Below are positions 51,207 to 62,909 of a DNA stretch of 64,000 nucleotides, one piece after another. Under the pieces are notes generated by a model. The model was given only the letters and a program-made list of their open reading frames with translations, was not told the DNA's origin and searched no databases. Position 1 is the first letter of the stretch. The number at the start of each line of letters is the position of its first letter. This DNA is from Botryllus schlosseri (Eukaryota): positions 16,058,001-16,122,000 of the forward strand of contig CM119381.1 of the NCBI GenBank assembly GCA_051294905.1. The letters are read 5' to 3'. A program made the translations under genes and the position numbers.

Positions 51207-52851
51207 AAATTTTTAAAACAAATCCTGGGCGAGGACAAGCCTATATAAACTTCTAACACTCAATAAGGAATTCCGGAGCCAACCTCGATCGGACCCGAAG
51301 TCGCAATCCATTAACGTTGCAGATGTAGAGTCCGGACTCCGGACACACATCATTAATTTTCAAGCTACACACCTAAGTTCATTCACTTCAAACGGAATAT
51401 ATGGGTTTCCGTTACAGTCGCTACGAAACGACTTAGTTGAATAAGAAAAGGTTATAGCGATCCAGAGATTTTGCAGTTTAACCGGTTTTAAGCTTTGTCC
51501 GGACATTGCCTTCGCACTTTCTTGTACTTCCACGTGTGATTAATATTTCATTCGGTTTCTGGTCTATTAGAAAATCACGTTGATTTCAATAAAAGTACCA
51601 TGCCATGTATGAACACTATAGTTATCACGTGTATTACATAGCTTACTCGTTGTTACAAAATCCGATAACCACTTCGGCGGTTTTTGTATGCCTAGAAGTA
51701 TTGTTATGGTTATGTTGTCGATTTTTATGTTAACAGCCGAAAAAAATTTCTCACTCTCTCTCGCGCGCGTATACATGTATATCTAATATTTAGTCAATCG
51801 CAGTTAACAGTCACATCACTAAAAACGCGTCCCGGATCATGTCCAAAATTCATGCTATGCGTCTGTATGGATGGGACGCATTTTCATTTAAGGATTGCCA
51901 CTGCTGGCTTTAATTTCGTAGGAAATTTGATATGATGTTGGATTCAATATAGTGTTATATGCTGAATGTGCGATGTCTGATGTCCAGTGAATTTGGCAAT
52001 AAGCGCCAACGGTCAGCAGCGAACATAAACGTGTATACCGGGTTTACCGGGTTTGTTTGGTTTCTATCGGAGATTTCGCTGAATTCGCGTTCGAATCATT
52101 AATCAGTAATTGCCACACTAACCTGCTTAGACGATTGGTTTCGCCTCAGACGTCTGGATCATTTCAACAGTGGCTAATTATCAGAAGCAATCGCGGGTAC
52201 ATTGCGGATCATTAGGAAATCCGTGAGAATCTCACGTCGCACTACCGTGAAAATTGTGGGGAAATAGACCAACTCTCATTACCCATTTGATACGCTTTTT
52301 ATTAAACTGTTTGACAATATTGAAAACGCGGATCAGGAGCAAAGGCACAGTAGTTTTATGACTTGTCAGGCTGACGTTTTTAGTGTTGTTATTTCCGTTT
52401 TCCACATGCCTCCCTTGAATCTGTGTCTTCTTTGTCGTACCGCGGTGTTATTGTCGTAGCGGAACTTGGTTTCTCGCCATAAGTTAATTCTGGCGATTCG
52501 TCTGTCTCGATAGGCTGGATTAGGAAATGCCGGTACGTTTTTCGCGAATTTCAGCGCAAAGGTCTTCACATCTGCGGCGCTGTATGATTCAAAGCGATTA
52601 TACGCGGACTCTAAACTTTACTTATTGGTAGCCGACGTAATTTTTCATGACTGTAAACTGATACCGACACGTAATTGATCATTATTTACAAATGGTAATA
52701 TAACACGATTGGTAAGGCTCGCCGCAAATCTACCATCCGCCGCCGGGCAACAGGTGAAGCGTCGCTTCCACATCAAATGCTTGCTGGATCCACTCTTCTG
52801 TTATGCCATAGCGAGGATTGTTGCCTTGTGTTCTACTTCTACGGACACAAT

Positions 52852-53060
52852 ATGGGAGGACTGGAATTGTATTCACAACTATCGTATCAAACAGGACAAG
52901 GACGGGTTAATCAACTGGGCGGGGTGTTCATCAACGGTCGTCCGCTACCGAATCACGTGAGGCACAAGATTGTGGAAATGGCAGCCGCCGGAATCAGGCC
53001 TTGTATGATAAGTAGGCAACTCAGAGTCTCGCATGGATGCGTCAGCAAGATTCTGTGCCG
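52852..53060 (+). CDS. Pax3/7: Pax3/7 exon, paired domain N-part (5' limit uncertain)
   Basis: [10 protein letters not shown]...SKILC-cg|gtaagc. Confidence 0.95.
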
Positions 53061-56000
53061 GTAAGCAAAATATTTTCGCCTCTCCACAACGCTTTAAAAA
53101 TAATCAATGCCTTTTTTCTTATTACAAGACTTGACCTAGTTCAACGTTTATCGCCTGTGTTTGTAGGTATCAAGAAACCGGCTCCATAAAACCGGGAGCT
53201 ATCGGTGGAAGCAAGCCGAAAGTCAGTAACGCCGAAATCGAATCCAAGATAGAGCAATATAAAAAAGAAAATCCGACGATGTTTAGCTGGGAAATTAGAG
53301 ACCAGCTAATCAAGGTAAAATCACTTTCACCGACTCTACCTCATGATCAGTCCAACTATAGTCAACGAAAGTATTACCGTATTCCGAGGTTGTATTGGAT
53401 ATTCAAATCAAGATGACTTGTATGCCCTGAAGTGAATCATAAGTTCATAACCCATCCCGTCGTGGCGAGGTAGCGTAGTGATATAATCCACAGCTGCAAC
53501 ACCAAGGGGTTGCGGGTTCGAGTCTGACCAAAGTCGACACTAGAATACCTGCACAAGTCTTGGAGGTTTATCTAGGCTCCTCCTCGCCATTTCATCCGTG
53601 TAAGCGGTGTCTTAAAAAGCCTAGATGTGGGCCGTGCTATAAGTCGGCAGTTACGGAATAAAAATGAAGAATATCGGCCTGGTGTAAATGACCATAGTAG
53701 TCGACAAACACCATCAATACCTCAAAAACAAACAAACAAACCCTGAATACCCACAAAACAAACAAATATAAAACAGCCCGTCAATATTTCTCCAGGCTTT
53801 GCTCATTGCTGAAGCAGACCGAATCCAGACCCATATGGATTAATATTTTTATGCCCCAAAATTCAGGTAGTTTAATTTAGGAATCGACTTTCTGTCGCAG
53901 ACTTCTAACCAGAAAATCAATTTTGAATCAATGACCCTATTAATCCGCAGGTTGTAATGCTATTCTTATACGCGCATATAAGTGGTCGAAGACAAGGGCT
54001 GGGTTACCTAGGTACAATGATTCGAGTTATTATAAACGCCATAATATGATTTTGTTAATTAATATCAATTATTCGAATATTTGAATCTGAATCGAATGTA
54101 AATGCCATTGACTCAGATCGAGTTGTGAGACATATCTGTTTTTCGAATACTTCCACTTGCCACAGTTAACTTGTCAACGGAAATTCTAGTCTCAATAGTA
54201 TTGTATGCCGTGGAAGCCACCAATCCTAGATTGTCGGTAAGAGGATACGAAACATTTATTACAAAGCCACACGCATTTTTGAAAATGACTATCTGTGCAG
54301 TGTGCAGTAGGGTTATTCAAAAATAACTTCTTTCCCAGATTTCGGGGATTCACTGATTAAATTGTTATAGGTTGCCTAAGAAAGGCTGCACACCAAATTT
54401 GGCTCAATTCCAATCAGCAGATGCCGCCACATAGCCAATTAAAATTTTTGAATCTAGTAATAATTTTTTTTTTCAAATTTCACTGTCGGCCCTGTCAAAT
54501 TGTTAAGTTGTCCACAAAACCAATACGAAAGAAATTTGACGCAATTCCAACCCGTATAAGCGAAGGTATTAGAGTTTTTGATCAATAATTCTGGGATTAC
54601 CCACCATCAATGCTATTTTTCCAAATTCAAAACTTTCAGCTGCAATAACTTCGCTTCTACCGGTTGGAAGTGAGCGAAAATTGTTATGCATTATTCTTTT
54701 AGGCAACTTAGCAATTTCAAGGGGTTGACAGTTAAATTTGGCAGTTCTTTGTGATTGAGATTCGCCAATGCAGAATATTGAGAAATATATGTCCAGTCAT
54801 ATCTTGTGGGAAAAATCTTGTGAATTGCAAGAACAGATTAAAATAAGGCAAGGCATTTCATGCTCTTCAGTCGTTTGAAAGTGTCGTTCTCTTAAATGCG
54901 ATTTTCCTATCTCCGTCGTTACTGTACAGGATTATAATATTCCAAAATATCCCTGAAATTCGCTTACAAAACGACGCAAATTATCTCTAGTCAAAATAAT
55001 CATCACCGTCGCAGTCGGCAAACACGTGTAAATGGGCTAGACAGGCGGCGTGTTTGGAATGGACAGCTATCCAAGACTCGTGAAACGTTCTTCGCCGGCC
55101 GCTTCATACAACTCTGTCCAGAAATTTGCAATCCCATCGGATTGATGCAAAATTTATGTGTTGCAGGACATGCTTTGCGATCGAGCGTCTGCCCCAACTG
55201 TAAGTGCAATCAGTAGAATTTTACGAGCGAAAGGATGTGACACGGAGAACGAGACCACAGAAGGCGATAACGGAGATGCAGGTTCTATTGTATTTCAATT
55301 TCCAATCAATATTATATGGTGAAATAATATAACTTTTATTACCAGAGCGTTTGTTACACACGCAAGCTGGTTTGTAATGGGGATATTGTGTTGGTAATAC
55401 TATGATGAAAATATTGAGAATAACTAGTCCATTTTTATAATAGTATGCAATTTACCATTTTTGAACTAGCTCAGACTGTAGGTCACAGTCTTGTAGCCGT
55501 CCTATGACAGCAGATCGCGAATTGTCTCGCAACAACGTTCAGTGCAGTGATGCACGATTACATAACCCTGGAGGAAAGCCTTCATCAAAATCAAACAATA
55601 TTCATTCGCGACATGATAATCCAAGTTATTAGGGACTTCACATGACATCACCCTACATCAATACTTCTCTGTCGCAGTCAAGTTGGGCGCATATGCCATA
55701 TGCCATCGTGGTCGTGATTGATTTGACGTAAACGATTCGCAGCCTGGAGAGAGCACTCGCTTATGATAGATATGTTCCACTGTTATTTGTCCTTCTCGGC
55801 CTGTCATGCAAACCCTATTTGCAATGTCAGTTTTCGTGCAACGTGTGCCATTGCCATTCAACTCGAAGTTGAAATATGATAGCGCGTTGAGCCTCAGGGA
55901 CTTGTTACATACCGGGCACACCGATAGATAGATCCCGGCTTAATAAAGCTAGGTACTTCCAGCTGTGTGTCACATCAAAAATGACAGTCCACAAGGCATT

Positions 56001-59000
56001 GCTGAGCGACGAGAGGCTTAATTCCATGAAAAGGCCTCTTAGTTATAAACCGCCATTTTGTTTTACATACGTCAAAAGAGTGAGTTACATGTAAATCACG
56101 CCTTTGCCCCTGAAAACGGAGCAGATATCTTCAAATTAGGTTGAAACTAGCGAGCCAGCAGTGCGCGCTATCTAATTAGTGACTACTGTGGTGGCATTAG
56201 ATTAAATTGTTTTTGTCCATTGCGTATCGCTTCAAACGATCAAAGGTTCTAAATTCAAATCTCTCGAAAATAACTTTCTCGATTTTTGTCCAAATTGGAA
56301 AGACACGAGGACTTGTAATTTAATATTTCAGAAAAGGAAACAGCTTCAGCTGTTTCAGTGGCAAAGGTTGTGCTATGGTCGGTTTGGGAATGTGTTTTAT
56401 GATTGATATTCGTTTGATCTCGCTTAGCTATCCCGCTGCGTTCACAGAATGCTACGTTACCACACCGGTTTATTTCTCCCGACTTGATCAAAACTTTGGT
56501 CCCGTCGATAATCTCTACAGTGTACAGCGCTCCTAAATATTAAAATATATATATACATACATATATATATCGCGATTAAAATAGAAAGATGAATGTTACA
56601 AGCACAGTCAGTCCTGATAATACCTCACACCATTGCGTTCGTACATGTGAAACTTTTGTTACCACATCCTAATGTGTTTTAAAGGGAAGTGTCCGAGAGA
56701 TTATCTTGGTAGGGGGGACCTTATGCGAAGGGTATTCTGTTTAACTGTTTAAGACCACACCTGCTGCGGACTTTTGAAAAGACAAAATGTTTCTTAATCC
56801 TCGAATATTCCGCGAATATACGAGGATAAATTTTCAGTAGTTCATATTTATCGGCCGATTTCGTAGCATACAAGCCGAGCGATAATACCGCGAATTTTCG
56901 ATCATGTGTCAACGATGTGTTGCCATTGCGAAGGTGTTTCGACGGTGGTTCCGTGACATCAAATCCATATCCATAAACTGGGAGGTTTGCCTGATTAAAT
57001 CTGCCCAGTATTTATCTGTTCGATGTTGATTTCTGTGACACGAAGGGCCACATTTTGAAAACAGTCTTGATTTTCTGATCGCTCCTTGTTTTAGGTACGC
57101 ATTGCATCATTCACAAGAAGAGTTTTTTGTTTGTTTGCAAACGACACGCCCCGTAAGCGAGATCGACTATAGCATGTTATAAAATATAGTCAGTTTCGTC
57201 AGTGACCCGTCGTGACTCCAACCCCGAACGGCATAAGTGATTGTGATATGTGACCTAGTCGTCTGTGTCAACCTGTTTTCAAAGCAAGTCGTTTTGCAGT
57301 CTTACGACGCGGCGTATGTGCGTACTGAACTTCATCATTGGCAGTTTGTTGACTGCCGCTATAGGTCTGCGTTCATTTCCGAGATCAATACAAGTATGAA
57401 CATAGATTCGCCACCCTGTCCATCAAGGTTTTCATGAGATTACGTCTTTACATGTTCGCTGCTGAATGTTGAGCAAAGCATGAAAGGAATGCATCGAGCT
57501 TAGTGGCTTGTCCTTCACATTGAACGGGGAGCGCACAATGGCCACAGATGTGCATGAAATCACAATGCCATTATTACCCATCAATTCGCGCGGGAATTGT
57601 GCAAATACGCGACCTTTTCAACCACACTTCCATTCAACTCGCCATAATGCTTAGGAAGATTTGCATTCGGATAATCCCTGTACTTACACATCCTTCCTGT
57701 GACTATGTAAGATAACTTTTTACTGACAAAATAACGGATAGGGCCAGTCAAGCGTAAAGAGCCACAGCCTGAAATGGTACACGTGGATATTTCTCGTTAA
57801 CGTTTGTAAATTAGATCATCAGATTTCGGTTATAAAGATTATTTCAATATTGGATTCGTCATTATCTCGATCTTTACGTCTCTGTCTTTATGTGCTAGGA
57901 TTTTCCAAGGCGGTTCCAGTGATGGTTCTCTCGCCGAGTGACTCATTAAAATCATTGTGCGGATTTGCCTGACTCAACGGTACTGCAAATTACAAACAGG
58001 AAAACATAACACCTTCAAACAGAGAAAAATACTTGAATGTGACGCCAATGTAATATGTATTTTGCTGTATCGCATCAACAGATATCGGAATTTATGTGGC
58101 GTCACCATTATTCAATGGAAACCTATATATACGGAAACAATTCCTCAATTCCTCAAACAATTCCTGTAACATAAAATACACAAATACATTAAGTGTCTCC
58201 GCCAAAAAGCATAAAGCGATACGATGGCACCGCAAACCGGATATCCAACAATAAAAACGGTATCCGGAAAAGCTAATAAAGAAAGCACGCCTAACCCTAA
58301 ATTACCCACAAAAATTACGAATGACTGGTTAAGGTTTTATATTATAAAGGGTATTGCACGTTATCCGTTTCCGGCACCACTGGACTACCTCAGATGTGTA
58401 AAACTTACATTCATGGCAATCCAAATCACTGCCACATTAGCCATGGCAGATATAGGACAGAGGTGATATAAATTCACCTCAGGAGTTCGATCTCGTTTAA
58501 GATAGTAATCGGACCGCGGGTTATGCAGTTTGGATCTGTTGCAATGAACACTTCCGCCAACCCATCAATCACACGAGTGTGTCGGATATTTTGCTGTTCG
58601 TATAAAATGTAGCGGGTTGGAGATTGGTACGCACCAGCCGTGCTTACTAGGGATGGTGTGAACGTGAGGTTCACGTTCGCGTTCTGTGTGTGAACCTCGG
58701 AAATTTAGAGGTTCACGTTCACAAACGAACCTTGGTAGGTTCTGCACTGTGAACCTTTTTCATATATTACAACTTTCACTTCATTATGACAAATTTATTG
58801 CATTTCAACTGCGGACAACTCTATGCATGGCGCTGGCAGCATAAATAAAATCAACACTAAACGAGTTTGCACCTTGACAATCTCAAAAATTGCTTTGTTA
58901 CTAATGTTTGCTCCAAATATTCAACTTTCCGTTCGTGAATATTTATTCTGCTGTGAGCTTGACCCACAATCACACAACATCAATAGCGAAATACACTGCA

Positions 59001-62000
59001 TGTAAGACGGAGGTTGTGAGCGAATGATGCTTATTCAACCAATCAATGACATTGATATCGTTGTCTAATGTAAAAAACCTAGCAGGCGTACGGGGCAATC
59101 TTGACTTCATATGTTTATTGTATCATAAAAACCAAATCCGTGCGATTGGGGTGATGGCTACTGCTGTATAACTTGTTGATGGGGTAATATCGGTAACAAG
59201 TATAGGCTATAGAAACCCGTTTTATACTCTGCTAAATATCAACGTAGCAATGCTCGGACGCCGAATACATTGTCCGGTCTGGCCTAGACCGTTCCCTCGC
59301 AAGTCATCGTCAAAATTGCTGGCAAAACGACGGAAGATATTGATTTTATGGTATCATTATATCATTTGATTGCCCCAATTTGATACATTTGGCGTCGTTT
59401 AAACTTCAATATGTACTTTAGCATTGTGGCCCGAGTCGTCGTTAGGTATCGTGTGCATTGTACATTAATATAGGCTATGACTTCACTGAAATGTAGGGTT
59501 GGAATTTGCAATATGACGTCACGTGACGTCATGAGGTTCACGTTCGTGTTCACACAGAACCTTTCAAAAAGGTTCGCGTCCACACGAACCTGAACCTTTC
59601 AGAGGTTCACACCATCCCTAGTGCTTACCCCTCATCCGTTGATTGGGTCTTTCATATTGTTTTACCGAATTAAGTGAGTTAGGCTAAAATGAATGTCGAT
59701 AACTTCTGACTGAAGAATTTTTTTGATTTTGAACATTGTATTTCTCAAGTATAATTCCGTCACGGCTGGGCCGACGCACTTGACTTGCATTGTTGAAGTA
59801 TATAGCTCCTATTTTACTTATTGTATCATAACCTTTTACTTTACACCAGCTCGTATGAAACTAGACCCATGAACGGTATCACAGTCAGACCATTTCGGGT
59901 TTAAGATAATTATCAGCAAACGTAAATGAAGCAAGAAACATATTTTACATATTTTGCTGGATTTACAAAGTCCGCTTCCCGTCGGCCTTTCAACGAATTT
60001 GACCCCGTTGTTCCCTTCATTTTCGTATTGTTGAAAGATAGTCCATACTAGCAGGCACATCACGCTTGTCAACCTATGCATTACGCGACTTTGCCGGTTT
60101 ATATTTGGCTTTACTGTAGTGTCAAGTGCACACCTTCGGTTGTTGTTTGTAGAGATCATGGTGTTTTTCGACTATACAGTGGTTATTTACACCATTCTGA
60201 TATTATTTTCTGTTATCATTCCGTATCTGCCGAGTTGTAGCACGGCCCACTTCTAGGCTTTCTGTACGAGACCGCTCACGCGGATCAGAGTTGACCTCGG
60301 TCAGACTCAACCAGGCAACCTATTGGTGTTGCAGCTGTGGATCATACCTAGGGTTGCATTTAAAACAAAAAACAATTGAAAACAAATATGTTTAAAACAA
60401 GGCCCTAATTTAAAACATGTTTTATATTTTTTTAATCCAAGACGTCACGAATATTCAATTGTGACGTCATAATGGATTGACATTGACAATTGAAAATATA
60501 GGGTAAATATAGCGCCTTTGACGAAATATCTACGTACTAGAGCTGTTGAACAGACTATTTTGAGGTTTCCAACCATCCCATATCGTATACGTCGGCTATA
60601 TCGGGTGGTAATTGTCTGTGTGGTCATACAACATGTTTTTGGAAAGTATTTACATAATGATGACATGATTTTACTACGTAAAAAAACACAATTTTTCATT
60701 TTTTGTTTTGTTTTGAAAAGGCCTTTGTTTTAAATGCAACCCTAATCACACCACTGCGCTATCACGTCACTTGCACACCTTCGAGATAGCAACAGTAAAA
60801 TATATAACCGATATCCAATGTACCTATCGGCATTCGACTGTATTTGTCGGGCTGTTGACACTTCTCTGTGTTACAGCCTACAAGCCTATCGAAAGTACGT
60901 CGTGAAGCGGTCAGCATCGTTTGACACAATAATAATTGAGTTTATGAATTATAGTTAATTCAACTTGAGGTTTTCCTAAGCTGATGTCAAACAACACGTT
61001 GGTGTTACCCGTATATTGTAAACACCCAGTGACGGAGCCTTAGAAGTCGTCAGAAAACAAATCAGTGCTAGAGGTCGAAAAGTCATGATACCGCGTCTGC
61101 GTCGCCATCACATTGAAACGAATTATCAAACCAGCAACCGGCCTAAGGCAGAGATGTGTTATTCTATAATTTCTTCATTAAATAGCGTCGTAAGGCTATT
61201 AGATATAACGAATATCGTCGAGTGTGTCTTTTTAAACCGCGGAATTCCGACATTTTCTGTGCAAAGTCATTATCTATTCTTGATAGGTATCACCAGGTTG
61301 TAGTTTAATTCATGACACTGATGTTATCGAAATTCTGGTACATAACCGGTCTAAGCATATGTTGAAACAGTACGGGGTACAGAATGAAATTTCAAATAGC
61401 TGCATAGCCACCAGAGTTTTTTCCTATAGCCTACACTACACATTTCCATCCCAATCAGTGCTACGTTGCTGACATTGTGATGATATCGGAATTCCGTTTC
61501 CCAACTTTCAGAGTGCCAACTGACCAAACCAACTTGTTAGCAATTTGAAAATTTCAATATAACTTAAACCAGTCCTTGAAGCGCTACCGCCACCCACGCG
61601 AACCTCGGTGGGCGTGTTGTAGGTGCAAAAATGAAGTCCTATTTATCGCAAGCGATGTAATAAATAGAAATTAAAGCACCTATATATAATTTACAGACAT
61701 TTCGCTTAAATAAAGTAAATTACAATTGCAAACAATTTTGATGAATGGGCTATATATTTCATGGGGTTGGAGAAACGAAAATCCCATATAGAATCATACC
61801 GAGCAAGATTATAGTACGTAACTATAAATGTAAATATCGAGTGATCTCGCAACTCATGACGTGTCGGTAATCCGACTTATTGGCGGTCACTTTCACCATC
61901 TGGATATGAAAGTTCTCACTTCGCGATGAATCTTCTTTGTTGATGATTCACGTAACAGATTACCTCGATTTCAAGGCCTCTTCAATGAACAATCGACAGT

Positions 62001-62909
62001 CAGACGAATGTAGTTCAGCGGAAAAATATTCTTCTATCAGCAATATATCGTGTTTGCCATTTCCCAGAGGGATATTATCGATAATATTGGAACACTGTTG
62101 GAGTTTGGTTGGCTGTAATCTACGTTTGTTCATGAAATCCACAACTCAAATCAAGCGCGGATTGTGCGTAAAATTGTATATAGTATAAGCGGAAGTTGTC
62201 CGGTGTAATTGATTGGTTTTACCGGGAACAAAGTCACCGCATGATGCATTATATGTGGTTTGCAGCACACTTCAAGTTATAGATTGCTGTGTAAACTTTC
62301 ATCTTGAAATAATCCAAAGGAAATTATATGAACTGAATATATAGTTAGTGTAGTTACCGGAATTATAAAAATATATTAGCAAAGCGATTTTAAATATACG
62401 AATATACAATTTGCTATTTTTATTAACAGCTAAGCAATTATGTTATCAACTGTGAGGGGCATGGTGACAGTTACATTGCCACTTGCGCACACTCCTCATT
62501 GTCTCATTCTATTTATTAGTTAGTTCCGCGTAACCTCTCAATGCAAATTCTCTTCCGCCTTTTTTTTCATTACATTGAGCACGCTCATGATACAGCATGT
62601 ACGTAAAATAGAGGATGTCACTTGTTTACATACTTCCGTTAACGCGTTGCCTGCTTTGTAGCTGCGTCGGTGTCCGACGCCGGTAGCAACGGGAGCGTGG
62701 AGAAGGCGGAACCTGGCGACGGTGCGGAATCAGAATACGGATCCGAGCCGGATTTGCCGTTGAAGCGAAAGCAGCGACGCAGCCGAACGACATTCAACGC
62801 CACGCAGCTAGACGATCTCGAAAGGTGCTTCGAACGAACGCACTATCCCGACATTTACACCCGTGAAGAATTGGCGCAGAGAACGCAATTAACAGAAGCG
62901 CGAGTCCAG
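52852..62909 (+). CDS. Pax3/7: Paired box protein Pax3/7, 3'-incomplete: join(52852..53060,53167..53314,55167..55281,62662..>62909). The start is uncertain: ATG at 52852, or an acceptor at 52894/52895 with an upstream exon.
   Basis: Paired domain [56 protein letters not shown]|[18 protein letters not shown]...[12 protein letters not shown]|[20 protein letters not shown]. Homeodomain [18 protein letters not shown]...[26 protein letters not shown]| with the conserved Q|V intron. The VWF exon was not found in the window. Confidence 0.97.
53167..53314 (+). CDS. Pax3/7: Pax3/7 exon, paired domain middle (absent from the ORF track)
   Basis: ttgtag|g...aag|gtaaaa; [49 protein letters not shown]. 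Confidence 0.96.
53459..53740 (+). mobile_element. tRNA-derived SINE family A, full length, in a Pax3/7 intron
   Basis: A-box tagcgtagtga, B-box ggttcgagtc, central domain, LINE-like 3' hairpin, (CAAA)n tail. Confidence 0.9.
55167..55281 (+). CDS. Pax3/7: Pax3/7 exon, paired domain C-end and linker
   Basis: ttgcag|gac...g|gttcta; [38 protein letters not shown]; the donor is weak but phase-compatible with the next exon. Confidence 0.9.
58648..59620. mobile_element. Young hAT-like non-autonomous element (GTTCAC/GAACC repeats), 973 bp, in a Pax3/7 intron
   Basis: Perfect 16-bp TIRs tagggatggtgtgaac / gttcacaccatcccta; perfect TSD GTGCTTAC (58640-58647, 59621-59628). Confidence 0.93.
60139..60771 (-). 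mobile_element. SINE family A split by a MITE insertion
   Basis: Body and tail at 60139-60348; the tRNA head resumes at 60745-60771. Confidence 0.82.
60349..60744. mobile_element. MITE, TAGGGTTGCATTTAAAAC family, inserted in the SINE head
   Basis: Perfect TIRs tagggttgcatttaaaac / gttttaaatgcaacccta; TSD ATCATACC / ATCACACC (7/8). Confidence 0.9.
62662..62909 (+). CDS. Pax3/7: Pax3/7 exon, homeodomain helices 1-2 and start of helix 3
   Basis: ctttgtag|ct...cag|gtgatt; [56 protein letters not shown]. Confidence 0.96.

Noticed and set aside
53459-53530. tRNA gene (A-box and B-box present)
   Set aside because: No complete cloverleaf or acceptor stem, and it continues into a repeated SINE body found five times in the window
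56675-56700. Kolobok-like TTAA|AGGG ends (also at 21775 and 63845)
   Set aside because: No matching partner terminus found for any of them
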